From contig OZ360236.1 in assembly GCA_977017645.1 (NCBI GenBank), forward strand, positions 44,826,001-44,890,000: DNA of 64,000 bases, written 5' to 3'. Positions within the stretch are counted from its first letter, which is position 1, and each line of letters begins with the position of its first letter. Both the position numbers and the translations under genes were made by a program. A model generated the notes under the pieces. That model saw nothing but the letters and a program-made list of their open reading frames with translations. It was not told the DNA's origin and did not search any database. This document shows, piece after piece, positions 35,639 through 49,200 of this stretch. The DNA is from Torpedo marmorata. Lineage: Eukaryota.

Positions 35639-38600
35639 ATAGACAATAGACAATAGGAGCTGGAGTAGGCCCTTTGGCCCGTCGAGCCAGCACCGCCATT
35701 TTACAGATCATGGCTGATCACTACTATCAGTACCCATTTCCAGCCTTATCCCCATAACCCTTAACTCCCCTGCCCACTAGAGTCTTATCTAACTCTCTTT
35801 TGAACATAATCAGCGAATCTGCCTCTACCACCCTCTGTGGCAAAGCATTCCACAGATTCACACTTCTCTGGGTAAAAAAAAATTTCATCATCTCCGTCCT
35901 AAAGGGCCTTCCCTGTATTCTTAAACTATGCCCTCTAGTCCTCGTCTCTCCCATCATTGGGAACAAGTAATCCGATTTCACCCTGTCTATCCCCTTGATA
36001 ATCTTGTATACCTCAATCATGTCCCCCCACATCCTTCTAAACTCCATTGGATATAAGTCCAGTTTTTCTAACCTTTCAGCATATGCCAATCCTGCCATCC
36101 CGGGAACTAACCTTTTAAATCTGCGCTGCACACCCTCTATAGCTAGTATGTCCTTCCTCAAATTTGGGGACCAGAACTGGACGCAATACTCCAGGTGAGG
36201 TCTCACCAGGGCCCTGTACAACTGCAGAAGGGTGTCTCTGCTCCTATACTCCAATCCCCTCTTTATGAAAGACAACATGCCATTTGCCTTCTTCACAGCT
36301 TTCTGAACCTACATGTTAGCCTTCATTGACTGGTGTATAAGTACACCCAGATCCATTTGCACTTCCCCACTCCCTAGCTTGTCTCCATTTAAATAATACT
36401 CAGCTTTCCTATTACTGCCCCCAAAATGGATAACCTCACATTTGCTCACATTGAACTTCATCTTCCATTCCTCAGCCCAATCCCCCAACCTGTCCAAGTC
36501 CCTCTGCATTTTCCTGACATCCTCCTCACACTTTACACCACCACCCAGTTTAGTGTCGTCTGCAGATTTGCTCATGTTATTAATAATCCCTTCATCCAAA
36601 TCATTTACATAAATGACAAACAACTGAGGACCCAACACCGATCCCTGCGGCACTCCACTTGTCACATCCTGCCATCCTGAAAATGACCCGCTTATCCCAA
36701 ACCTTTGTTTCCTATTTCTTAACCAATTTCCTATCCATGTCAGCACCTTACTTCCAATACCATGCTCCATGATCTTGCCCAGTAGTCTCCCGTGCGGGAC
36801 CTTATCAAAGGCCTTCTGGAAGTCCAAATACACCACATCCACTGGCTCTCCCAAGACCAACCTCTTCGAAAAATTCCAGAAGGTTAGTCAAGCATGATAT
36901 ACCCTTAAGGAATCCATGGTGACTAGCCCTTATACTATTATTTCTGCCTAAGTGTTCTGCTATTACTCCTTTTATGATAGATTCCAATATCTTCCCCACC
37001 ACTGACGTCAGGCTAACCGGTCTATAATTTTCCGTTTTCTCCCTCCCTCCCTTCTTAAAAAGCGGCACCACATCAGCCACTCTCCAATCCACAGGGACCT
37101 CCCCTGAATCTATGGAACTTTGGAAAATGTTGACCAGTGCCTCCACAATTTCCAGAGCAACCTCTTTAAGCACCCTGGGATGCAGCCCATCAGGCCCTGG
37201 GGATTTATCAGCCCTCAGTCCCAACACTTTACTCACAACCTCCTGCTTCTGGATCCGGATATCCATCAGATTCCCTATTTCCCCAGGAAAGTTCCCCAAG
37301 TCTCTTGATACTGCATGACCACTACCCTCTAACTGACCATAACCTATATCCTCCTTGGTGAAGACAGATGCAAAGTATCTGTTAAATTCCTCAGCCATTT
37401 CCTTGTTTCCAGTAATAATTCCACCCTTTTCCATTCTTAATGGCCCAATTTTAGTCCGAACCAATTTCTCCCTCTTCACATATTTAAAAAAGCTTTTGCT
37501 ATCTTCTATTATATTATTTGCTAATTTCCTCTCGTACTTCATTTTCCCCTCTCGTATGACTTTCTTAGTTACCCTCTGATGATTTTTGAAAGTTTCCCAA
37601 TCCTCTAACTTCCCACTCTGCTTCGCTATCTTATACTTACTCCCTTTGGACTTGATATTGCACTTGATTTCATTAGTTAGCCACGGCTGCCATTTGCATC
37701 TCCTAGAGCCTTTCCTCCACTTTGGAATGAATTTGTCCTGAATCCTGTGAAAAATGCCCATAAATACCTGCCATTTTTCCCCAGTTGTCCTCCCAGCTAG
37801 TGTATCTTTCCATTTTATTTTGGCTAGCTCCTCCCTCATAGCTGCATAATCCCCTTTATTTAACTGCAGTACAGATGCTTCCGACTTCCTTTCTTTTTCC
37901 CTTTCCATTTGCAGATCAAAAGTAACCATACTATGGTCACTATTCCCTAATGGCACCCCTACTTCTAGGTCACTTATTAACTCTGCATTGCTGCACAGCA
38001 CCAAGTCCAGAATCGACCCCCCTGGTAGGTTCCTCCACTAGCTGCTCCAAGAACGTATCTCGTAGACATTCTATAAACTCACGCTCTTGCTTTCCTGCCC
38101 CTGTCTGATTTTCCCAGTCCACTTTCATGTTGAAGTCCCCCATAACTACCGTATTGCTACCACTTTGACATGCCACTCTTAATTCCTGATTTATACTACT
38201 TCCTATATCTGAGCTACTTTTCAGAGACCTGTAAATGACCCCCATTATGGTCTTCATCCCTTTGCAATTTCTTAATTCTATCCAAACAGACTCTACCCCA
38301 CCTGTTTCAATGTCTTTCCTTTCAAACGCCTGAATTTCATTTCGTACCAACAGAGCTACCCCTCCTCCTCTTCCTAACTTCTGTCCTTTCTATAGGACGT
38401 GTACCCTGTAACATTTATTTCCCAATCCTGTCTCTCCTGCAGCCATGTCTCCGTTACTCCGATAATGTCATAACCTGCTATTGCCATTTGCACCTCAAGC
38501 TCATCCATTTTATTCCTTACACTCCGTGCATTCATATACAATACCTTGATACCATACCTCCCTTCTCTCTCCACCTTTGTTCCTGACACACTTGCCCCTC

Positions 38601-38968
38601 CTCTCCTATCCCTTTTTGTTCCCTTTTTCCTTATGGTTTCACCGTCTATCGGAACCACCCCTATATTCACTCTCCTATCTGTTTCCCTATCAGTCCGGTT
38701 CCCTTCCCCCTGCCAAATTAGTTTAAATCAAACCCAACAGCATTATTAAACCTAACTGCCAGTATATTGGCCCCCTTTGTATTCAGATGTAAACCACCCC
38801 TCCTGTAGAGGTCTTGTCTCCCCCAGAAGAGATCCCAATGGTCTATGAACCTGAATCCCTGCACTCTGCACCATTCCTTCAGCCACACATTTAACCTCCT
38901 GATTTTATTATTTTTGCCCCCACCCACGCACAGCACAGGTAGCAGCCCCAAGATTATGATCCTGGACT
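35639..38968 (-). mobile_element. CR1 LINE, 5'-truncated within ORF1; ORF2 complete in span but frameshifted
   Basis: GGLHLN (ORF1 esterase end); YMNARSVRNK, VTETW, MGDFN, NSDH, KSPGPDG, YRPVSLTS, LDFQKAFDKVPH, GVPQGSVLGP, ADDTKL; ATAGACA repeat tail on +. Confidence 0.93.
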
Positions 38969-39709
38969 AAAATGATAAAAAAAAATTATTCACTCAGAAG
39001 ACTGTAAATCTTAGGAACTCTTTATTCACTGGGGCTTGGTATAGTAAATTATTATTTGCATTTTAAGATAGAATTAAATATATCTTTTGGCATGAAGGGA
39101 ATAATGGAATTATGAGAATGGGCAGGAACAAGGGCAGCAACAGTCATGCTCTGAATGAATGACAAAGTTGGTTTGAGGAGCTGTGTGTCCCACTCCTGCT
39201 TCTTTGGTCTTTGTGTTCTTATTATTTGTCCAACCTCATCTGATGGCAAAACTGAGTAAAATACAATATCAGCATACAATCACCAGCATGACTGTTGTGG
39301 AATTCTTAAGCTAAATGTTCAGAAACTTCTGGTTGAAGCAGACAGATGATAGTTCTCTTAATCTTTGAACACAAAGACATGGCGTGAGTGATGCACATCT
39401 TGGCTGCATTGAGCAACAAGCTTTGACAGATGTGTATCCAGGAATGACATTTACAGAGAGTCTTTAATATTTCAGATAATCTCCTGATTCCACTTGAACA
39501 AAGAACAAATCAGAGCAGATTGAAGGTAGATTTTACACATTGTTCAACTTTCACAAGGAGTTCTGGAGAAGTTGGACTTAAATATAAGGCTAACCTTTAA
39601 TCAAGGAGTTTATACTTCACATTGTTCCAGCTTGTTCTGAATTCTGGTTGATTCGTAGGATTGAACAATTCCCATTTACTTTATCAGTGGTAAAACCATT
39701 TTTGCGAGT

Positions 39710-41133
39710 TTCAGAATTTCAGAATTCAGAATTTCAGAATTTATTGTCATGAACAAGTCATGAAATTCAGTGTTTTGCGGCAGCATCATAGTACAATTAA
39801 CATTCATATTAACCACCTAACGACATTACTATACAAAATTATAAACAATAGTGCACAAAAAGTAAGGTAGTGTCTGTGGTTCATTGATTATTCAGGAATC
39901 TGATGGCAGCGGGGAAGAAGCTGTCCTTGTGCCGTTGAGTGCTCGTCTTTAGGCTCCTGTACCTTTTCCCCGATGGAAGCAGAGTGAAGAGGGCATGGCC
40001 TGGGTGGTGGGGGTCCTTGAGGATAGATGATGCTTTTTTAAGACACCGCCTCATGTAGATGTCCTCGATGGAGTGAAGTTTGGTGCCTGTGATGTCACAG
40101 GCCGAGTTAACAACCTTCTGGAGTTTACTCTTGTCCTGGGAGTTGGCGCCACCATACCAGGCAGTGATGCAACCAGCCAGAATGCTCTCCACGGTACACC
40201 TGTAGAAGTTTACAAGAGTCTTTGGTGACATACCGAATCTCCGCAAACACCTCACAAAGTATAGCCACTGACGAGCCTTCTTTGTGATTGCATCCACGTG
40301 GATGCTCCAGGACAGATCCTCGGAGATGTTGACACCCAGGAATTTGAAGTTCTTGACCCTCTCCACTACTGAGCCCTCGATGAGGACTGGGTCGTGTTCC
40401 CCTGACTTCCTCCGGAAGTCCACAATCATCTCCTTGGTTTTGCTGACGTTGAGCTCAAGGTTGTTGTCATTACACCATTCAACGAGCTGATCTATCTCCC
40501 TCCTGTACGCTTCCTCATTGCCATTTGTGATTCTGCCGACAACTGTGGTGTCATCGGCAAACTTGTATATGGCATTGGAATTGTGCCTGGCCACACAGTC
40601 ATGAGTGTATAATGAGTAGAGCAGTGGACTAAGCAAGCATCCTTGGGGTGCGCCTGTGTTGATAATCAGTGAGGAGGAGACGTTGTTTCCAATTCTTACT
40701 GACTGTGGTCTTCCAATGAGAAAGTCAAGGATCCATTTGCAGAGGGGGGTACAGAGGCCTAGAGTTTGTAGTTTCTTGACCAGCACTGAGGGAATAATGG
40801 TATTGAAGGCCGAGTTGTAGTCGATGAAGAGCAACCGTATGTATGAATTGCTGTTTTCGAGGTGATCCAGAGCTGAGTGGAGAGCCAGCGATATTGCATC
40901 TGCTGTGGAGCGATTGTGGCGATAGGCGAATTGCAGTGGGTCCAGATCTTTGCTTAGATATGTGTTAATTCTGGCCATAACCTGCCTCTCAAAGCATTTC
41001 ATCACAGTAGAAGTTAGTGCTACTGGGCAGTAGTCGTTGAGGCAGCTCACACTGCTCTACTTGGGTACCGGGATGATTGATGCCCTTTTGAAGCAGGTGG
41101 GAACCTCTGACTGCCGCAATGAGAGGTTGAAAA
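39710..41133 (-). mobile_element. Rex1/Babar LINE, 5'-truncated
   Basis: Open RT ORF and tail TGACAATAAA(TTCTGAA)n. Confidence 0.93.
39881..41050 (-). CDS. Rex1/Babar reverse transcriptase (uninterrupted 389-aa segment of a truncated ORF)
   Basis: [44 protein letters not shown] and [12 protein letters not shown]. Confidence 0.85.
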   Translation of the reverse strand: MSCLNDYCPVALTSTVMKCFERQVMARINTYLSKDLDPLQFAYRHNRSTADAISLALHSALDHLENSNSYIRLLFIDYNSAFNTIIPSVLVKKLQTLGLCTPLCKWILDFLIGRPQSVRIGNNVSSSLIINTGAPQGCLLSPLLYSLYTHDCVARHNSNAIYKFADDTTVVGRITNGNEEAYRREIDQLVEWCNDNNLELNVSKTKEMIVDFRRKSGEHDPVLIEGSVVERVKNFKFLGVNISEDLSWSIHVDAITKKARQWLYFVRCLRRFGMSPKTLVNFYRCTVESILAGCITAWYGGANSQDKSKLQKVVNSACDITGTKLHSIEDIYMRRCLKKASSILKDPHHPGHALFTLLPSGKRYRSLKTSTQRHKDSFFPAAIRFLNNQ

Positions 41134-41543
41134 TGAGAGGTTACATGGTAAAATGGAAACAATGCTCAAGACATCTAAAATTAGAATTAAAATTACACTG
41201 AACTAGACAGTACGACCAACACTGTAGAATAAGAATGGAACCTAATGTTCAGCAGGGTGTAATTGGATAATCATTTTGCATTTGTTTTTAGAATTACCGG
41301 TATATGGAATCTTAATGCCTAAATAAATGATAATGTCTTTCTCAACTTTTGTTTATTACAATTCTGCTAATCACCATCAGTGTCAAGGAGATGATAGTTT
41401 GAGTAGATAAATTAAAAAAAAGATGTTACTTAAAATTATTTTTGCTGCTTCAATGAAAAGTAACCATATAAACCATATAACAATTACAGCACGGAAACAG
41501 GCCATTAGGCCCTTCCAGTCCGCACTGAACCAAACATTCCTAT

Positions 41544-44420
41544 CTAGTCCCACCTACCTGCACCCTGCCCATAACCCTCCACTTCCTTCTCATCCATATA
41601 CTTGTCCAACTTTTTCTTAAATAATAAAATTGACTCTGCCGCCACTACTTCTCCCGGAAGCTCATTCCACACCGCTACCACTCTCTGAGTAAAGAAGTTC
41701 CCCCTCATGTTACCTCTAAACCTCTGCCCCTTAACTCTTAGCTCATGTCCTCTTGTTTCAATCTCTCCTATTCCTAATGGAAATAGTCTATCCACATCCA
41801 CTCTGTCTATCCCTTTCATAATTTTAAATACCTCTATCAAATCCCCTCTCAACCTTCTACGCTCCAAAGAATAAAGACCTAATATGCTCAATCTCTCCTT
41901 GTACTCTAGATTCTTAAACCCAGGTAACATTCTGGTAAACCTTCTCTGCACTCTCTCCACCTTGTTGATATCCTTCCTATAATTTGGCGACCAGAACTGC
42001 ACACAGAACTCTAAATTAGGCCGCACTAAAGCCTTATATAATCTCAACATCACTTCCCAACTCCTATATTCTATGCAATGATTGATAAAGGCCAGCATAC
42101 TAAAAGCCTTCTTCACCACCCTATTCACATGAGTTTCCACCTTCAGGGAACGATGCACCGTTATTCCTAAATCTTTCTGCTCTTCTGTATTCATCAATGC
42201 TCTCCCATTTACTACATATGTCCTGTTCTGATTCTTTTTACCAAAATGAAGCACCTCACACTTATCAGCATTAAACTCCATCTGCCATTTTTCAGCCCAC
42301 TTTTCTAAGCAGCCCAAATCCCTCTGCAATCCTTGAAAACCTTCTTCATTATCCACTATTCCACCTATCTTAGTATCATCTGCATATTTACTAATCCAGT
42401 TTACCACCCCATCATCTAGATCATTGATATATATAACGAACAACAATGGGCCCAATACAGATCCCTGAGGCACACCGCTGGTCACGGGCCTCCAACCTGA
42501 CAGACGATTATCCACTACCACTCTCTGGCCTCTCCCTTCCAGCCAATGTTCAATCCATTTGACTATCTCAGAATTTATACCTAAAGACTGCACCTTCCTA
42601 ACTAACCTTCCATGCGGAACCTTATCGAAGGCCTTACTGAAGTCCATATAGACAACATCCACCGCGCTATCCTCATCCACATTCCTAGTCACCTCTTCAA
42701 AAAATTCAATCAGATTGGTCAAACAGGACCTTCCGCTCACAAATCCGTGTTGAGAGTTTCTGATCAGACCCTGTCTATCCAGATATTTATAAGTACTATC
42801 TCTGAGAACTTTCTCCATTAATTTACCTACCACAGACGTCAAACTTACAGGCCGATAATTGCCAGGCTTCCTCCTTGAACCCTTTTTAAATAACGGAACC
42901 ACATGCGCAATACGCCAATCCTCCGGCACTATCCCCATCTCTAATGACATTTGGAAAATCACCGTCAGAGCCTCTGCTATTTCTTCGCTTACTTCTCTCA
43001 AGGTCCTGGGGAAGATCCCGTCGGGTCCCGGAGACTTATCCACCTTTATATGCCTCAAAAGCCCTAACACTACATGTTTCGTAATCCCTATATTCTCCAT
43101 ATTTACCCAATTTGCTTTTTTTATCTGGCATATCTCAATATCCTTCTCCTTGGTGAATACCGAAGAAAATAAACTGTTCAATATCTCCCCCATTTCTCTA
43201 GGCTCCACACACAGTTTTCCGCTCTGATTCTCTAAGGGACCAATTTTGTCCCTCGCTTTCCTTTTACCATTAACGTATTTGTAAAAACCTTTTGGATAAA
43301 TTTTCACCCTGCTTGCTATAGTCTCTTCATACCTTCTTTTAGCTTTCCTAATTCCTCTCTTAAGATTCTTTTTACATTCAATGTATTTTTCAAACATCTC
43401 CTTTCCATGCTTCTTATACTTAATGTACGCCTCCCTTTTTTTTCGAACCAAGTTTCCAATATTCCTCGAAAACCACGGCTCTCTCAAACCTTTTGCCCCT
43501 CCTTTTAACCTAACAGGAACATAAAGCCTTTGCACTCTCAAAATCTGATCTTTAAAAGACTTCCATCTCTCTACTACATCCTGCCCATAAAACAAATGGT
43601 CCCAATGCACACCCTGTAAGTCCCTTCGCATCTCCTCAAATCTAGCTTTTCCCCAATCAAAAACCTCAACCCTTGGCCCTGACTTATCTCTTTCCATAAT
43701 GACATTGAAGCTGATGGCATTATGATCACTGGACCCGAAGTGCTCGCCAACACAAACCTCCGTCACTTGACCTATCTCATTTGCCAACAGTAGATCTAAC
43801 ACTGCTCCTTCTCTGGTCGGTACCTCTACATATTGTTGTAAAAAACTATCCTGCACACATTTCACAAACTCCAACCCATCCAGCCCTTTCACAGAATGTG
43901 TTTCCCAATCTATATGTGGAAAATTAAAATCTCCCACAATCACAACCCTGTGCTTATCACAAATATCCACTATCTCCCTACAGATTTTCTCCTCTAGGTC
44001 TCGGTCCCCTCCGGGTGGTCTATAATACACCCCTACAAGTGTAACTTCTCCTTTCCCACTTCTCAGTTCTACCCAAATAGCCTCCGTGGACGAGCCCTCT
44101 AATCTATCCTGCCTAAGCACCGCTGTAATTCTCCCTGACAAGCAATGCAACACCACCTCCTCTTGCTCCTCCGACTCTATCACACCTAAAGCAACGAAAC
44201 CCAGGGATATTCAGCTGCCAATCACATCCCTCCTGCAACCATGTCTCACTGATGGCTACCACCTCATACTTCCAAGTATCAATCCACACCTTCAGCTCAT
44301 CCACCTTTTTTACAATACTCCTGGCATTAAAATATATGAATTTCAGAGATTTCCCACTTCTTAATCTCTGTTTGCCCTTATCTTTAGTAACCTTCTCTAT
44401 CACCTGACCATCCATATTCA
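41544..44420 (-). CDS. CR1 ORF2 (APE endonuclease and RT) with a single frameshift near 44130
   Basis: Frame 44113-44493 (YFNARSI..ISETW..RGGGVALLV) continues in frame 41544-44183 (VGDFN, SSDH, YRPVSLTS, MDFSKAFD, PQGSVLGP, YADD). Confidence 0.85.
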
Positions 44421-44498
44421 AACACTGACTACAAACTTTCTCTGTTCTAACCTTCTCCTTACTGCTCGGTACTATTTTGCTCCCTCCCCCCAACCTTT

Positions 44499-45446
44499 CT
44501 AGTTTAAAGGCTCCTGAGTAGCCCTAGCAAATACCCCTGCCATGATTCTGGTCCCCGTGGGATTCAAGTGTAACCCGTCCTTACTGTACAGGTCACATCT
44601 CCCCCAAAAAAGGTCCCAGTGATCCAGAAACTTGAAACCCTGCCCCTTACTCCATCCCTTCAGCCACGTGTTAATCCTCCACCTCATTCTATTTCTACTC
44701 TCATTGTCACGTGGCACAGGGGGTAATCCGGAGATTACCCCCTTTGCGGTCCTTCTTTTTAACTCCCTACCTAACTGCCTGTACTCCCTTTTTAGGACCT
44801 CTTCTCTATTCCTCCCTATGTCATTGGTACCTACATGTACCACGACCTCTGGCTCCTGTCCCTCCCCCTTTAGGATATCCGGGACACGAGCAGCAACATC
44901 CCGGACCCTGGCACCAGGGAGGCAAACCACCATCCGGTTCTCCTTGTTGCGTCCACAGAATCCCCTATCTGTCCTCTTGACTATGGAGTCCCCTACAACT
45001 ATTGCCCTCCTCTTCCTTTCCCTACCCTTCTGAGCCACAGGGGCTGACCCCGTGCCAGAGGCACAGCCACTGCTGCTCCCCCCAACTATGCTGTCCTCCT
45101 CAACAGTACCCAAAGAGGCGTACTTATTGCTGAGGGTTACAGTCATAGGGCTCCTCTCTGGCACCTTACGTTTTACTGCCCCTCTTCTAACTGTTACCCA
45201 CCTTTCCTCCTCCCGTGGCCCTGGCGTGACCACCTGGCTGTAACTCCTGTCTATGACCTCCTCTGTTTCCCTAACCAGCCTGAGGTCATCGAGCTGCAGC
45301 TCCAGTTCCCTAACACGGTCCCTAAGAATCTGCAGCTCTACACACCTCGTGCAGATATGGACATCAGGGAGTCTGGAAGACTCCAGGACCTCCCACATCT
45401 GGCACTCCCAACAACACACAGCCCTAACACTCATCCTGGACCCCAA
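44499..45446 (-). CDS. CR1 ORF1p: zinc finger/leucine zipper and SGNH esterase
   Basis: CWEC..CTRC, heptad LRDRVRELELQL, and SGNH blocks VGDS, PGA, GTND and DGLH. Confidence 0.9.
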   Translation of the reverse strand: MGSRMSVRAVCCWECQMWEVLESSRLPDVHICTRCVELQILRDRVRELELQLDDLRLVRETEEVIDRSYSQVVTPGPREEERWVTVRRGAVKRKVPERSPMTVTLSNKYASLGTVEEDSIVGGSSSGCASGTGSAPVAQKGRERKRRAIVVGDSIVKRTDRGFCGRNKENRMVVCLPGARVRDVAARVPDILKGEGQEPEVVVHVGTNDIGRNREEVLKREYRQLGRELKRRTAKGVISGLPPVPRDNESRNRMRWRINTWLKGWSKGQGFKFLDHWDLFWGRCDLYSKDGLHLNPTGTRIMAGVFARATQEPLN

Positions 45447-46089
45447 TGAAATCGTAATATGAGAGAATTTAAGACTCTTACCTTAGTGTTCAGTGACGCG
45501 TCCTCAGCCTGTGCTCGTCGAAGCCTGTCGAGTCAAAGCCGGTAGACTTCCACTCCTTCGCTGTCTCACTCACTCGCCTGGGCCGCTCACTTGCTGCCGC
45601 TCCCAAACCTGACCTTTCGTCTACCACTACCACTGTCTAATCCTAACCAGTTTCCTTTATTACTCCCACCTGCACTTCCTATTCAATTACTGTCTCTGCA
45701 CTGAACAGCAATCCCCACTTAAATCGTTAACCCTTAATTAACTACTAAAATGACCACTCTACTCACTCACACGTCGGTACAGCTGATTCCCGCCTCTTGG
45801 CTCCTTGCCAACTGGACCTCGACTGTGGTAAGGCTTCCTTACTCTTTTTAAATCTCCCTCCCTGCCTACGTCACCACACGCCTGCGCACTAGCCCCCTCC
45901 CCACTCTTAAGATTAATTTAACTTCCCTACTTTAGATTTACACCAAAATAAACATACATTTCAGATATTATTTCAAAGATGAGAATATTATATATGTACA
46001 GTAAAATAAATGAATTGATTTACACAGCTACCTGTATGAAGATGTTCCTGCTCTCATAGAAATATACGGACGAGCAAAAAAAATGTTTT

Positions 46090-46220
46090 AGTATTCCTTG
46101 GAGCGACAGAGGATGAGGGGCAACCTGATAGAAATGTACAAGATGATGAAAGGTGTTCATTGTGTGGATAGCTGGAGGCTTTTTCCCAGGGCTGAAAGGA
46201 CAAATGTGAGGGGGCATAGT
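46090..46220 (+). mobile_element. Old CR1 fragment
   Basis: LERQRMRGNLIEMYKMMKG..RGHS. Confidence 0.75.
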
Positions 46221-49200
46221 TTTCTTTCTTTTTCAATATTTTTATTGAAATTGAAATTACACATCAAAAAGAAATACAGAGTATATAAGAGTACATGTTA
46301 AAATTCAAAAAATAGAAAAGTATAGAATACACTACAATCAGATCATACTATTTTATCCACGGTACCTCACATTCTTAATCAAACAAATTATATTAGAGTA
46401 ATATTTTATTATAAAAATAATATCTAATCCCACTACCAAAACCGAAGCTGTTTGGCAAAGAAAGAAAAAAAAAATTCCTTGTCGCAGTAATAAATTACCT
46501 TATTATCCAACACCTCTGCATTAATACCAAATCAAAGATTTTGAAAGTAATTCAAAAAGGGACCCCGCAGTGTTTGAAAATTTAAATTCAAATCAGATAT
46601 TGAGCATCGAATCTTCTCTAAATTTAAACATGACATAACATCACGCAACCATTGAGCGTGAGTAGGCGGAGCAGCGTCCTTCCATCTAAGCAACACTGCC
46701 CGCCTAGCCATAAGAGAAATAAAAGCTAATACATGCATATCAGATACCATTAAAGTTAGGCCTCTCTCTCCAACAATACCAAACAAGGCAGTTAAAGGAT
46801 TAGGCATAAAATTTACTTTAAAAAGTACAGAAAAAGTTTGAAATACTTCCTTTCAGTATTTCCCAAGACTCGGACATGTCCAAAACATATGAATTAGTGA
46901 AGCATCTCCATTGTTGCATCTATCACAGTGAGGAGATACATCCGCATAAAAGCAAGATAGTTTGACTTTGGACATGTGGGCCCTATAGACTACTTTAACT
47001 TGTAGGAGGCAGTGGCGAGCACATAAAGATGAGGTATTAACCAATTTAAAAATTACATTCCAAGTTTCTTCAGAGATTTAAAACTGTAGGTCCTGTTCCC
47101 AGGCTTTTTAATTAAATTACATCTATGAAATTCTTTTTTTAAAATATTTTATTTAAAATTTTAAATCACAGAATACATAAAATAAAATATGAAATTATCA
47201 AAATATTTGTGATACATTTTCACCCCCCCTCCCACCCACCCCTCCCTAACCCTCCCAACCCCTCTAATCTAATAAAAATAAAAAAATATATAAAATAAAA
47301 AGAAAAAAAGAAAAAAAAAGAAAAAGATAGAGTAAGGAGAATGCCAATCTAAAAACATACATCTATAAACTAATTCTATTATGGAGGTCAGGAATGCCAG
47401 TAGATCCAATGTCCAGAGATCTTCAAATCCTTAAACCAACAACTTTCATATATGGACTCCAAATTTTTAAAAAGAAATGATATTTATTACGTAAATTATA
47501 GGTATTTTTTTCAAGTGGTATACACGAACGAAGTTCTGCATGCCATATTTCTAACTCTAAATCTAGATCAGATTTCCAAGTAATAGCAATACATTTCTTT
47601 GAAACAGCTAAAGCAATTCGCATAAATTCTATTTGATACATATTTAATTTCACCTTAATACTAAATTTTCTAATATCTCCAAACAAAAATATCATAGGAT
47701 CCATTGGAAATGTAATCTTAAATACTTTATCTAAAAAAATTTTAACTTTCAACCAGAAATCATAAACTTTTGGACAAAACCATGTAGAATGTACAAAAGA
47801 ACCTTCCTCTTTATTACATCTAAAACATAAACCTGATAATGTCGGATTAAATTTCTTTAATTTTTTTAGGTGTTATATATAATTGATGAAAAAAATTGTA
47901 TTGTACTAAACTATATCTAACATTAATAATCTTCGTCATACTTTATTTACATAATTCTTTCCAATGATTTTCATCTATTCTTACATTCAAATCTAATTCC
48001 CATTTTAATCTTGATTTATGAATTCCTACTTTAGAAATTTTCCTCTGGAACAATTTATACATTTGAGAAATAAATTTATTTACATCTCCTTTAGTAACTA
48101 ATAATTCTAATTCATTCTGTCTTGGTAAGATCAAACTATAACCTAATTTTTCAATCAAAAATGCTCTAATTTGATAATAAGCAAAAAGTGTATTATCCAA
48201 TATATTGAATTTATCTTTCATTCTTTGAAAAGTAATAAATTTCCCAGCTTCAAAACAATCATTTATTTTCTTAATTCCTTTTTGAAACCAAATTTTAAAT
48301 AATTGATTATTAATAGTAAATGGAATAAGTTCATTTTGATATAAAGGCATCCTTGGAGAAATCATTCCTTTTCCTCCTATTTCCTTATCCGTCTTATTCC
48401 ATATTTCTAACAAATGTTTCAGGATAGGAGAATTTTTCCTTCTTGTTGATATTAATTTAGAATCCCATTTATAAATAACTTCTTCTTTGGAATCTTCTCC
48501 TATATTATTTAATTCTATTTTAATCCAAGCAGAAGATTTAGTTGGAACAAAAAGTTCATTAACAAATTTTAATTGAGCTGCTTTATAATAATTTTGGAAA
48601 TTAGGAAGTTGTAAACCACCCACTTCAAAATTACAAGTTAATTTTTCTATACCTACTCTTGCTAACTTTCCTTTCCATAAAAATTTTCTAACAATTTAAT
48701 TTACGTCTTAAAACATTTTTTGAGGAATTTCATAAGGAATTCATCTATGAAATTCTTATCAAAGCTCTTAGGAAATGTATGTAATTGAGATCGCAAAAAA
48801 TCTCTAATCTGTAAATAATGAAAAAAAAAGAGCATTTAGTAAATTATACTTAACTGATAGTTGTTCAAAAGAAGCGAGACTTCCTTCAATAAATAGATCT
48901 TTAAAACATTTAATGCTTAATCTATACCATTCTTTAAAAGCTACATCAATCATGGAATGTTTAAATAAATAGTTAGAAAAAATAGGACTAGAAATAGAAA
49001 ATCTCAGTAAACAAAAATGTTTTCTAAGCTGTATCCAGATCCTCAAAGTATGTTTAACTACTGGATTATCAGTTAATTTATTTAAAGGTATGGGAAGTGA
49101 GGATCCGAGAAGATAAATAATAGAACATTTTGTAACAGAATTAGATTCCAAAGAGATCCATATTGGACAGTCTTCACGGTTGATATAATATGACCAAAAC

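Larger units (their letters stand above)
41461..45905 (-). mobile_element. Apparently full-length CR1 LINE (5'UTR, ORF1, ORF2, 3' tail)
   Basis: Intact ORF1, ORF2 with one frameshift, AACCATAT repeat tail on +, and a ~460-bp 5'UTR. Confidence 0.93.

Noticed and set aside
39470-39530. Candidate plus-strand exons with AG/GT borders (also ~53874-53925, ~9566-9608 and ~4660-4668)
   Set aside because: Weak splice sites and short unrecognisable peptides, expected by chance.
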